Source of the DNA: Vicinamibacteria bacterium
Lineage (GTDB): Bacteria; Acidobacteriota; Vicinamibacteria; Marinacidobacterales; Marinacidobacteraceae
NCBI GenBank assembly: GCA_965199715.1
Contig: OZ241322.1
Coordinates: 672,001-736,000, forward strand
Length of the DNA stretch: 64,000 bases
Direction: 5' to 3'
Position 1 is the stretch's first letter, and each line of letters begins with the position of its first letter. The position numbers and the translations under genes were made by a program. The notes under the pieces were generated by a model. It made no database searches and was not told where the DNA came from. It was given only the letters and a program-made list of their open reading frames with translations. Positions 1 through 9,165 of the stretch are shown here, piece by piece.

Positions 1-910
1 CGGCGGCGAGCGCCCCGATCCGCCCGACCGGCGCGGCCGGGCCGTCGCCGGTCGCCAGCACGAAGATCACGTCCCCGTCCGACGGCGTGTGGACCGGGTA
101 GATCGTTCGGGCGAGGCCGTCGTGGGCCATCTGCGCCACCTTGGTGGCCTCGGCCTGGGTCAGCGGGGCGTCGGTCGCCACGATCCCGATAGTGGTGTTC
201 GCACCGGAGACGTAGTCATCCGGCTCGGCCCCGAGCAGCAGCTTGCGCGCGTCGGCGAAGCCGTCCGAGGAGCGCACTCCGGCCACGACCTCGCCGTTCG
301 CCGGATCGACCACGTCCCCGACTGCGTTCACCGCGATGAGCGCGGCGACCGTGAAGCCCGCCTCCAGCGACGCGCCGCCGATCCCGCCCTTCATCGCGGA
401 ATCCATGCCGCGCATCTTCCCGACCGTCGCCCCCGCCCCGGCGCCGGCGTTGCCGCGCCGCACCGGCCCCGAGTTCGCGGCCGCCGCGGCCCGATAGCCG
501 CAATCCGCGCCGGGACGCACCGCGGGATATCCCTGAACCCCGAGGTCGAACAGGATCGCCGCGGGGACGATGGGCACCCGGTGCGGCCCCACCGGGTACC
601 CCACCCCGGCCTCCTCGAGAAAGCGCATGACCCCGTCCGCCGCGGCGAGACCGAACGCGCTCCCTCCCGAGAGCACGACCGCGTGCGCCTCCTGGATCGA
701 GTGCACCGGGTTCAGCAGGTCGGTCTCGCGGGTTCCCGGCGCCGACCCCCGGACGTCCACCGCCGCAGTGGCCCCCTCCCGGACGAGCACCGCGGTGCAC
801 CCGGTGGGCAGCCCGTCCAGCTCGTGGTGCCCCACTTCCACGCCGCCGATCCGGGTGAGCTCCGGTTCGGCGGCCGCAAGCGCGAGCAGGAAAAGGGGCC
901 AGCCGGACAC
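1..910 (-). CDS. P1/S58 family peptidase (DmpA-like L-aminopeptidase/D-esterase), runs off the window start
   Basis: Not in the ORF track. Manual translation from GTG 910 gives MSGWPLFLLALAAAEPELTRIGGVEVGHHELDGLPTGCTAVL...GANTTIGIVATDA...AQMAHDGLARTIYPVHTPSDGDVIF, which are typical DmpA-family motifs. Confidence 0.85.
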   Translation of the reverse strand, partial: MSGWPLFLLALAAAEPELTRIGGVEVGHHELDGLPTGCTAVLVREGATAAVDVRGSAPGTRETDLLNPVHSIQEAHAVVLSGGSAFGLAAADGVMRFLEEAGVGYPVGPHRVPIVPAAILFDLGVQGYPAVRPGADCGYRAAAAANSGPVRRGNAGAGAGATVGKMRGMDSAMKGGIGGASLEAGFTVAALIAVNAVGDVVDPANGEVVAGVRSSDGFADARKLLLGAEPDDYVSGANTTIGIVATDAPLTQAEATKVAQMAHDGLARTIYPVHTPSDGDVIFVLATGDGPAAPVGRIGALAA

Positions 911-941
911 GGCTTAAGGCTACCCTTGACTCGCCCACCCG

Positions 942-2090
942 ATGCACGACTCCGGAACGCTCGTCGTCATCGGGATCGCGGCCTTCCTGCTGCCGCCGGT
1001 CGCGAGCGCGATCCGGGCGCCGGCGGTGGTCGTCGAGATCCTCTTCGGAGTCCTCGTCGGCCCGGTTCTGGGTCTGCTGGACGGCAACGCCACGCTCGAC
1101 CAGATCGCCGAGATCGGCCTTCTGATGCTGATGTTCCTCGCCGGGTTCGAGGTGGACTTCGACACCCTGCGGCGGGGCGGCCCCAAGCCGGTCTATCGGG
1201 CGCTCGTGGTCTTCGCGGGCACGCTCGGCCTCTCCTTCGCAGCGACGCTCTGGCTGGATCTGAAGCTGTTCTACGCCCCGGTGCTCGCGACCACGTCGGC
1301 GGCGCTCGTGCTGCCGAGCATGCGCAGCGCGGGCATCACGAGCACGACCCTCGGGCAGGCCATCCTCGTGTCCGCGGTCATCGCCGACCTCGTGACGCTG
1401 CTGCTCGTGGCGGAGATCACGATCTTCACCCGGGACGGCTGGGGCCTCGAACTCATCGGGGGACCGGCGCTGCTCATCGTCGTCGTGCTCGCGCTGCGGG
1501 TGCTGAAGCTGCTGCTGTGGTGGCACCCGACCCGGGCGAGCCGCCTCTTCCGCAAGGGCGATCCCGACGAAATGGGCATGCGCGGGGCGCTCGCGCTGCT
1601 GCTGGTCTTCGTGGGATTCGCCTCGTTCTTCGAGGTGGAGCCGATCCTCGCCGCCTTCCTCGCCGGCGGCGTGTTCGCGCTCCTGTTCCGGCCCCCGGAG
1701 GGCCTCGGCCACCAGCTTTCGGGGATCGGCTGGGGATTCCTGATCCCGATCTTCTTCATCAACGTCGGGCTCCGTTTCGACGTGGCCGCGCTCGCCGACC
1801 GGGACTTGCTCACCCGCGCCGGAGTCATCATCCTCGTGGCGTTCGTCGTGAAGTTCGTTCCGGCGATGCTCTACATGCTCTGGGGGTTCTCCTTCCGGGC
1901 CGCGGCGGCGGCCGGCTTCCTGCTCTCGGCGCGGCTCAGCATCGTTGTGGCGGTGGCGACCGTGGGGATGGAAATCGGACTGCTCGACCACCAGGATCGA
2001 GCGATCGCCGTGCTCATCGCCGCGGTCACCTCGATGACCTGTCCGGTGCTGTTCCGGACGGTGGTGCGGAGCGCCGAAACGCGCGTATAG
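942..2090 (+). CDS. Cation:proton antiporter (CPA2/Kef-type membrane domain)
   Basis: About 12 TM segments, with GLLMLMFLAGFEVD, AVIADLVT and FLIPIFFINVG motifs. Confidence 0.85.
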   Translation: MHDSGTLVVIGIAAFLLPPVASAIRAPAVVVEILFGVLVGPVLGLLDGNATLDQIAEIGLLMLMFLAGFEVDFDTLRRGGPKPVYRALVVFAGTLGLSFAATLWLDLKLFYAPVLATTSAALVLPSMRSAGITSTTLGQAILVSAVIADLVTLLLVAEITIFTRDGWGLELIGGPALLIVVVLALRVLKLLLWWHPTRASRLFRKGDPDEMGMRGALALLLVFVGFASFFEVEPILAAFLAGGVFALLFRPPEGLGHQLSGIGWGFLIPIFFINVGLRFDVAALADRDLLTRAGVIILVAFVVKFVPAMLYMLWGFSFRAAAAAGFLLSARLSIVVAVATVGMEIGLLDHQDRAIAVLIAAVTSMTCPVLFRTVVRSAETRV

Positions 2091-2102
2091 ACTCGGGAGG
2101 TC

Positions 2103-3341
2103 ATGACCGAAGCCTGCTTCCCGACGACGACCCGACGCGGCTTTCTGGGAGCCGCGCTCACGCTCCCCGCGCTCGCCGCCGCCGCGGCCGAGACCGACGA
2201 GGGGTACTTCCGCCTGGTCCGCCGCGAGTTCCCGTTCCACGAGGACAAGGTCCCGATGAACGCCGCGAACCTGTGCCCGTCGCCCCGGATCGTGGCCGAC
2301 CGCGTGAGCGAGCTCACCCGCGACGTGGATCGAGACTGCTCGTTCCAAAACCGTGGGAAGTTCAATGGCCTGCGCGAACAGGCGCGCATGGATCTGGCCG
2401 CGATGCTCGGAGCGGAGCCGGACGAGGTCGCGATCGTGAGGAACACGAGCGAGGCCAACAACATCGTGAACGCCGGCGTCGAGTTCGGCCCCGGCGACGA
2501 GGTCGTGCTCTGGGACCAGAACCACCCGACGAACAACGTCGCGTGGGACGTCCGCGCGGCGCGGGACGGGTTCACGGTCAAGCGGGTGAGCGTGCCGAAG
2601 GATCCCGCGGGCCCGGGGGACTTGGTCGCGCCGTTCGCGGACGCGATGACCCCGCGCACGAAGCTCGTCGCGATCACCCACGTGTCCAACGTGTCGGGGA
2701 TCCGGCTGCCGGTGCGCCAGATCGCCGACCGGGCGCACGAGCGGGACGTCCACGTCCACGTGGACGGCGCCCAGAGTTTCGGCGGGTTGCGCATCGACAC
2801 GCGCGCGCTCGGCGCGGACACCTTCTCCTCGAGCTCGCACAAGTGGTTCTTCGGCCCCAAGGAGTGCGGCGTGCTCGTGGTGCGGGCGGAGCGGATCGCC
2901 GGGCTGTGGCCCTCGGTCGTCGCTCCGGGTTGGGGGAACGACGCCGACCCCGATCCGGCGGGCGCCCGGAAGTTCGAGTCCATGGGCCAGCGCGACGACG
3001 CCTGCATCGCCGCCATGGCGACGACCGCCGCGTTCCACCAGGAGATCGGCGCCCAGCGGGTCGAAGCGCGGATGATCGGGCTGGCGCGTCGGCTGCGACG
3101 GGGCGCCGGCGAGCTCGGAATCCCGCTCGTGACCCCCGACGACGACGAGCTCTCCGCCGGCGTCGTGATCGTGCAAGTGCCGGAACACGGACGCGAGGTG
3201 TTCTCGCGGATGTACGACGAACACGGGATCGCCGGTTCGACCTCGGGCGGATTCCGGCTCTCGCCCCACGTGTACAACACGATGGAGCACGTCGAACGCG
3301 CCCTCGCCGGGCTCCGGGCGCTGCGCTCGCGGATCGTCTGA
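2103..3341 (+). CDS. Class V PLP aminotransferase (isopenicillin-N epimerase/cysteine desulfurase-like) with Tat-like signal
   Basis: TRRGFL twin-arginine N-terminus, THVSNVSG, VDGAQ and the SSHKW PLP lysine. Confidence 0.85.
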   Translation: MTEACFPTTTRRGFLGAALTLPALAAAAAETDEGYFRLVRREFPFHEDKVPMNAANLCPSPRIVADRVSELTRDVDRDCSFQNRGKFNGLREQARMDLAAMLGAEPDEVAIVRNTSEANNIVNAGVEFGPGDEVVLWDQNHPTNNVAWDVRAARDGFTVKRVSVPKDPAGPGDLVAPFADAMTPRTKLVAITHVSNVSGIRLPVRQIADRAHERDVHVHVDGAQSFGGLRIDTRALGADTFSSSSHKWFFGPKECGVLVVRAERIAGLWPSVVAPGWGNDADPDPAGARKFESMGQRDDACIAAMATTAAFHQEIGAQRVEARMIGLARRLRRGAGELGIPLVTPDDDELSAGVVIVQVPEHGREVFSRMYDEHGIAGSTSGGFRLSPHVYNTMEHVERALAGLRALRSRIV

Positions 3342-3342
3342 G

Positions 3343-5490
3343 CTAGTCGCCGAGGTTCAGCAGCAGCGTCGCCACGACCGAGCGTCCGGGCGCCATCACG
3401 GCTCGCGCGTCGGGGCTGATCGGATAGGCGGCGTTCAGCAGGTTCCGCCCCGAGACCCGCAAGGACGCGCTCGCCGACAGCGGGGCGCCGAACGCGGCGT
3501 CCACCCGCGTCCAGCTCCCGGTCGGGATCTCGGTGGGACCGGGCGCGTCGTGGGCGGCGAACCCGTGGACCACCGCCTCGAGGAACGCGTCGGGCCACAG
3601 CCGCCGACGGACCGCGGCGCGGACGTTGGCGGGAGCGATCCCGTCGAGCGGCTTCCCTTCCCGAGTCCGGCCCCGCGAGACTCCGGCGGCCAGATCGAGC
3701 GCGAACGGGGCGTCGCCGCCGAAACTCATTTCCAGCTCGACGCCGGCGAGGTCCGCCTCGCCCTCGTTCAGGAAGACGAAGAGCTCGGGAAACCTTTCCC
3801 GTCGGGCCACCAGATCCTCGATGCGATACCAATAGGAGAAGAGCCCGCCGTGGATCCGTTCGCCGTCGAAGCGGAGTCCGAGGTCGAACTGGAGGGCGCG
3901 CTCCGGGCGCAGGTTGGGGTTTCCGGACACGACGCCGCGCCCGCTGAGGCCGACGAAGTACCGGTCCGAAAGCGTGGGGTCCCGGAATCCGCGCGACGCC
4001 TGGCCGGTGATCCCCCAGCCGGGAGCGAGGTCCGCGTGCAGCGAAAGGAAGCCGGAGAAGGCCCCGTTGGACGTGGCGTCCCTCTCCCCGCCGCCCTGGG
4101 CGCGGACGGCGGAGGCCCGGGCGCCGGCGCCGGCGCGCCAGCGCCCGGCGAGGGGCGCCTCGGCGAACGCGAACGCCGCCGCCTCGCGCCGGCGCGCGCC
4201 GGGCAGCCGGGAGAGATGGTCGAGGCCGAAGGCGAGGTCGTCGGGGTCGAGGCCGAAGCCCGTGATTCGGGACTTCAGCCCGAAACGCTCGAGCGCTTCG
4301 GCTCCGAGCTCCAGCTTGCCGGGGCCCAGCGGGCGCACGCCGCGAACGCGCAGCATGAGGTCCTCGGCGCCGACCAGCGAATCGGCGGAGACGCCTCCTT
4401 CCACGCGCCGCGTGATCACTCGGTGGCGTCCGTAGAACGCGGTCGCCTCCAGCCGGCCGAACCCCCAGCGCGGCGCGAATTCGTAGTCGGCGAGCAGCCG
4501 GGTCGAGTCCTCCTCGGGGTACGAGATGCGCGCCCGGGAGCGGCGAGGACGCCCGATGTCCCGCCCGGCGTCCAACTGCAGCGAGACGGCGAGCCGGCCG
4601 CCGCCGACGCGGGACAGGCCGCGCAGCAGGAACCCCTGGTCCCTCGCACCCGAGCCCGGGACGCGGCCCTCCGCGCTCGAGTACTCGCCGAACTGACGGC
4701 GGCGCGCCTGCACGAGCCAGCCGACGCTCTCGGTTCCGCCACTCGCCTCGGCGCCGAGGCTCCCCTCCGGCAGGCCGACTCCGCCGCTGAGGCGGGCCCG
4801 AATCCGCAGCCGCTCCCCCGGCCTCGGCCGACGGGTGCGGGCGTGGATCACGCCGCCGAAGGCGTCCGAGCCGTAGGCCACCGAGGACGGGCCGCGGACG
4901 ACTTCCACGGCCTCGAGGAAGAACGGGTCGAGGAAGGTTGCGCTCGGACCGGCGCGGCGTTCGGTGGTCACACGGGCGCCGTCCACGAGCAGCACCGTGC
5001 GCCCCCCCGCGAGCCCGCGGATCGCGGGAACGCCGGCGTGCAAGTCGCTGCTGCGGGAGGTTCCCGGCACGGCCTCGAGCGCATCCACGAGCCGGGGCGC
5101 CTGGCGCGCCCGGATTGCTTCCCCGGAGACCACCGACGGGGCCGCGCCGGGGGTCGCGTCGGTGCGCGCCACCGCCCCGCTCGCGATCGTGACGCTCTCG
5201 GTCAGCGAGAGCGGCCGGACGCGGAGCTCGACCAGCGGAGTCAGCTCGGAGACGAGGATCGGCGCGGCGTAGCGATCCCCCGGAAGGACCACGAGCACGT
5301 AGAAGGGCGGCGTCGGATCGGGCGTCCACGCGAACCGGCCGTCGGGGCCGGTGGTCACGCCGCCGGTATGCCCGAGCACTTGGACGAGCGCTCCCCCGAC
5401 CGGCGCGCCGTCTTCGTCCACGACGCGCCCCTCGAAGGCGAAGCCGGTCGCCGGGACGAGCAGGAGGAGCGCCAGCGCGGCGAGCCTCAC
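3343..5490 (-). CDS. TonB-dependent receptor
   Basis: C-terminal part of track ORF 3343..6987. GTG 5490 overlaps the ampG stop. Signal peptide, carboxypeptidase-regulatory-like N-domain, plug motif VEVVRGPSSVAYGSDAFGGVI, GNPNLRPE and C-terminal NLLNAAY...APGR. Confidence 0.85.
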   Translation of the reverse strand: MRLAALALLLLVPATGFAFEGRVVDEDGAPVGGALVQVLGHTGGVTTGPDGRFAWTPDPTPPFYVLVVLPGDRYAAPILVSELTPLVELRVRPLSLTESVTIASGAVARTDATPGAAPSVVSGEAIRARQAPRLVDALEAVPGTSRSSDLHAGVPAIRGLAGGRTVLLVDGARVTTERRAGPSATFLDPFFLEAVEVVRGPSSVAYGSDAFGGVIHARTRRPRPGERLRIRARLSGGVGLPEGSLGAEASGGTESVGWLVQARRRQFGEYSSAEGRVPGSGARDQGFLLRGLSRVGGGRLAVSLQLDAGRDIGRPRRSRARISYPEEDSTRLLADYEFAPRWGFGRLEATAFYGRHRVITRRVEGGVSADSLVGAEDLMLRVRGVRPLGPGKLELGAEALERFGLKSRITGFGLDPDDLAFGLDHLSRLPGARRREAAAFAFAEAPLAGRWRAGAGARASAVRAQGGGERDATSNGAFSGFLSLHADLAPGWGITGQASRGFRDPTLSDRYFVGLSGRGVVSGNPNLRPERALQFDLGLRFDGERIHGGLFSYWYRIEDLVARRERFPELFVFLNEGEADLAGVELEMSFGGDAPFALDLAAGVSRGRTREGKPLDGIAPANVRAAVRRRLWPDAFLEAVVHGFAAHDAPGPTEIPTGSWTRVDAAFGAPLSASASLRVSGRNLLNAAYPISPDARAVMAPGRSVVATLLLNLGD

Positions 5491-7025
5491 CGGGCGCTCC
5501 TGCGGGCGAGGCCGAAAGCGGCGGCGAGGAGGCCGGAGACGAGCGCGAGAGTCACGATGCCGAGAAGCTGGATCCAGTCGGGGATTCCCTGCGGCTGCAC
5601 GACTCGTTCCAATCCGGCGAGCAGCGAGAAGCGGGCCTCGGGGTCGGTCCGCAGCGTCCGCAGCGAGGTCAGCGCCGCGGCGATCAGCAGCGCGCCGAAG
5701 CCCCCGACGGCGGCCCCGAGACCCATCCGCGCCCAGCCGCCGCCCGCGAGCGAAGCGGGAGCGGAGGCGACGGAGCCTCCCGTGTGGAACTGCGGGTTCC
5801 GCACGCCGAGCGGCGCGAACCGGTGGAGCAGCACGAGACCGGGGATTCCCATCGCCATCGTCGAGAGGAAGAACGTCCGCCAGCCCATCGCGTCCACCGC
5901 GTAGCCGGTCACCGGGCCGGCGAGGATGCGCGGGAGCGCGAACAGGCTCGAGAACAGCGCGTACTGGGTCGCGGAGAAGCGGCGGTCGGTGATCCGCAGC
6001 AGCAGCACCGAGAACGCGCCGGTGCCTAGGCCCGAGGAGACCAGCTCGAAGGCGGTGGCGCCGTACATCCACGCGAGGCCGCCCCCCGCCCCAGCCACGA
6101 AGAAGTACCCGAGGTTCGAGACGATCTGGAGCAGACCGAAGAGCCACAGCGCCGGGCCGAGGCCCATCATCGTGGTCATCACCCCGCCGGCGAGGGTCGC
6201 CCCGACGGCGGCGACGAGGCCGATCGTCGAGAGCGCGATCCCCCGGTGGAAGCCGCTGTACCCCATGTCCACGAGGAACGGGCGGGTGAGCGACTGGGCG
6301 AGGTTGTCGGCGAACTTGTAGAAGAAGACGAACGCGAGGATCTCGAGCGCCCGGGGACGCCCGAGCGCCTCGAGGAACGGCTTCCAGACGGCTTCCCCGA
6401 GGCTCTTCGGAGCGGACTCCGCGGCGTCGGTCTCGGGGGCGCGCCACGTGATGAGCAGCATCGGCACGAACAGCGCCGCGAGCATCACGTTCACGGCCCC
6501 GAAGCCCCACGCCGCCGCGAGACTGATCGCGCCTCCGCCGGAGACGAGCATGGCGGCCCGGTAGAGCGCATGCCGGGCGCCCACCGCGACTCCCTGCTCG
6601 TCGGGACGAAGCGCCTCCACCGCGTAGGCGTCGAGCGCGATGTCCTGCGACGCCGAGGCCACCGCGATCGCGAGCGCCAGCGCGAAGACCACGAGGATCG
6701 CCTCGGAATCGCCCGCGACCCCGGCGAGCCCGAGGAAGGCGACGAGGAGGACGCACTGGGCGAGCGCCATCCAGCCGCGCCGCCGCCCCCAGAACCGGGG
6801 CGCGTAGCGATCCATGAACGGCGACCAGAGGAACTTGAAGGTCCACGGCGCCTGCGCGAGGGTGAAGAGCCCGACGAGCCGGATGTCCACGCCTTGGTCG
6901 CGCAGCCAGTCGGGAATGGCGATCCAGACGAGGCCGAGCGGCAGCCCCGACGAGAACGAGAGCAGGACGACCGACGCGATCCGCCAACGCAGCACCGGGG
7001 CCATGGCCCCCAGCAAGCGCGTCAT
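5487..7025 (-). CDS. ampG: AmpG-family muropeptide MFS transporter
   Basis: SFSSGLPL, PWTFKFLWSPFMDR, GRRRGW, ASASQDIALDAYAVE and SATQYALFSSL are AmpG signatures. ATG 7025 overlaps the upstream stop. Confidence 0.88.
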   Translation of the reverse strand: MTRLLGAMAPVLRWRIASVVLLSFSSGLPLGLVWIAIPDWLRDQGVDIRLVGLFTLAQAPWTFKFLWSPFMDRYAPRFWGRRRGWMALAQCVLLVAFLGLAGVAGDSEAILVVFALALAIAVASASQDIALDAYAVEALRPDEQGVAVGARHALYRAAMLVSGGGAISLAAAWGFGAVNVMLAALFVPMLLITWRAPETDAAESAPKSLGEAVWKPFLEALGRPRALEILAFVFFYKFADNLAQSLTRPFLVDMGYSGFHRGIALSTIGLVAAVGATLAGGVMTTMMGLGPALWLFGLLQIVSNLGYFFVAGAGGGLAWMYGATAFELVSSGLGTGAFSVLLLRITDRRFSATQYALFSSLFALPRILAGPVTGYAVDAMGWRTFFLSTMAMGIPGLVLLHRFAPLGVRNPQFHTGGSVASAPASLAGGGWARMGLGAAVGGFGALLIAAALTSLRTLRTDPEARFSLLAGLERVVQPQGIPDWIQLLGIVTLALVSGLLAAAFGLARRSAR

Positions 7026-8437
7026 CGCTTCCAAGTGAGAAGCCGTCCCACGGCGAGAGTGGCGAGCGAGCCGAGAAGCACGTCCCACGACCACGCGAGC
7101 GGGAACCCGAACAGGCGAATCAGCGCCGGCGCCGCGAACCCGGCCGCCATCCCCGCGAGAACCGCGTTCGGACTCGCGCGCCGGAAGAGGATCGCGAGGA
7201 GAAACGCGCCGACCGTCGGACCCGACGCGTAGGACAGGATGGACAGGCCGGCCTCGAGCGCCGACGGCGCCCGCTGGGCCACGAGCGCGACTCCGGTCTG
7301 GACGAAGCCCCAGACCACGACCAACTGGCGGCCCACGCGCACCTGACACCGCTCGCGCTCCTCGGGCGCGAGGCGGCCCAGGCGCTCCCGCCACGGGAGC
7401 CAGAAGTCGCGCACGGCGGTGGAGGCGAGGCTCACGAGCGAGGGAGAGAGCGCCGCCGCCACGACGCCGGCGAGCGCGATTCCGGCCCCCAACCCGCCGA
7501 GGTTTTCGGCGACGAACGTGGGAAGCACCTCGTCGGGACGGGCGAACTCGCGGCCGCCGTAGTAATCCCAAAGCCATGCGCCGATCCCGAGGAACAACGC
7601 GAACTGCGCGAGCGCGCCGAGACCCGAGAGCACGATCCCGGCCTGCGCGTGCCGGAGCGAGCGGGCCGCCAGCAGGCGCTGGGCGAGGTACTGGTCAGCG
7701 CCGTGGGTCGCGAGCGTCAGGAAGAGCCCGCCGAGGACGCCGGCCCAGATCGTGTACGGCGCGGTCAGGTCGAACTCGGGCGAGAAGATGCGGAACTTGC
7801 CGGCGTCCGCCGCCGCGCCGATCCACGACGCGGCGTCGCCGCTGCCCTCGGCCAGCGCCAGCACGATCGCCCCGGCCCCCAGCAGGTACACGCCGAGCTG
7901 GATGACGTCGGTCCAGATCGTCGCCGTGACCCCGCCTTCCTCGGAGAAGAGGATCATCGCCGCGGCGAGCGCGAGGATGCACCACCACTCGGGAACGCCC
8001 GCCACGATGGCCACCATGAGCGCGGCGGCGTGGAGCCGGACCCCGTCGGCAAGGTTGCGGTACACGAGGAAGATGGCCGCGGCGGCGCTGCGCACGCGCG
8101 CCCCGAAGCGCTGGAGCAGCAGCTCGTAGGTGGTGAGCACCTCGCCCCGGAAATACGCCGGGAGCAGCACGAAGGCGATGACGATCCGGCCCAGCACGAA
8201 GCCGAACCCGAGCTGCAGGAAGCCGAAGTCTCCCTCGTAGGCGAACCCGGGAATCGAGGTGAAGGTGAGGACGCTGGTCTCGGTCGCGACGATGCACGCG
8301 GCGACGGCCCAGAAGGGAGCGGAGCGCCCGGCGAGGAAATACCCCGAGACCGAGCGATCCCGGCGGCCCACGAGGATTCCGAAGACGGTGATCCCGGCCA
8401 GGTAGCCGAGCACCACCGCTACGGAGGCGAAGGACAC
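7022..8437 (-). CDS. Sodium:solute symporter
   Basis: YFLAGRS, IVATETS, TDVIQ and GADQYLAQRLL motifs. GTG 8437 overlaps the upstream TAG. Confidence 0.88.
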   Translation of the reverse strand: MSFASVAVVLGYLAGITVFGILVGRRDRSVSGYFLAGRSAPFWAVAACIVATETSVLTFTSIPGFAYEGDFGFLQLGFGFVLGRIVIAFVLLPAYFRGEVLTTYELLLQRFGARVRSAAAAIFLVYRNLADGVRLHAAALMVAIVAGVPEWWCILALAAAMILFSEEGGVTATIWTDVIQLGVYLLGAGAIVLALAEGSGDAASWIGAAADAGKFRIFSPEFDLTAPYTIWAGVLGGLFLTLATHGADQYLAQRLLAARSLRHAQAGIVLSGLGALAQFALFLGIGAWLWDYYGGREFARPDEVLPTFVAENLGGLGAGIALAGVVAAALSPSLVSLASTAVRDFWLPWRERLGRLAPEERERCQVRVGRQLVVVWGFVQTGVALVAQRAPSALEAGLSILSYASGPTVGAFLLAILFRRASPNAVLAGMAAGFAAPALIRLFGFPLAWSWDVLLGSLATLAVGRLLTWKR

Positions 8438-9165
8438 TATCCGGCGCGGACGATCCGGCTTCGCGAGGTCACCCGGAACCCGGGCGGCAGGCGTTCCTCG
8501 GCGGCCGCGCGGAATCCGCGGACGTCCCACCCGAGATCGAGAAACAGCTCGGCGATGGCGATCCGCACCCGCGCCGAGTCCTCGTCCTCGGAGCCGAGCC
8601 GCTCGAGCAGCGCCTCGCGGGACGCGGGGTCGCGGTGCGCCCGAAGCGCCTCGACCGCCCCGAGGCGCACCGTGTCGTCGAGGCTCTCGAGGCAGCGCAC
8701 GAGCCCGGGCGCCACGAGCGCGCTCTCGGTCTCGCCGAGGAACCGCAGGATCTGGACCGCCTTGCCGCCCCGGATGGCCACCGGGTCGCCGTCCTGGAGC
8801 ACGTCCAGCAGGATGTCCGCGAGATCGTCCCGCGGCACGAGCTCGGCGAGCGCGTCCATCGCCCAGGTGACCTCGTCATGGCCCCGCAGAAAGCGCCGCA
8901 GCGGCTCCACCGCGCGGTCGCCGAGCTGGACCAGCCGATCCCGGGCCCAGCGCTTCTCCTGATCGTCGCGCTCCAGATTCCCCGCAGTCATCGTGAACCG
9001 GCGGGCGAGCTGGTAGATCGCCTCCGGAGTGCCGATCGCGATGAGGCGCTCGGCGGCGTCCTCGCGCACTTCGGGCTGCGCGTAGCGCTCGGTGACCGAC
9101 CGCGCCGCCCGGCGGATGCGGGCGGCCTCGCGGCCTTCGGCGGTGAGCAGGTCGAAGAGTCCCAT
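8437..9165 (-). CDS. HEAT-repeat domain protein
   Basis: C-terminal part of track ORF 8437..11700 starting MGLFDLL. Helical repeats DDTVRLGAVEAL and SARVRIAIAE. Coupled to both neighbours by overlapping start/stop codons. Confidence 0.7.
   Translation of the reverse strand: MGLFDLLTAEGREAARIRRAARSVTERYAQPEVREDAAERLIAIGTPEAIYQLARRFTMTAGNLERDDQEKRWARDRLVQLGDRAVEPLRRFLRGHDEVTWAMDALAELVPRDDLADILLDVLQDGDPVAIRGGKAVQILRFLGETESALVAPGLVRCLESLDDTVRLGAVEALRAHRDPASREALLERLGSEDEDSARVRIAIAELFLDLGWDVRGFRAAAEERLPPGFRVTSRSRIVRAG

Noticed and set aside
89-3346. Very long Arg/Pro/Gly-rich ORFs (for example 89..3346, 1871..5329, 37593..40526, 51668..54970)
   Set aside because: These are off-frame or antisense shadows of real genes caused by high GC. 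They contain no recognisable motifs.
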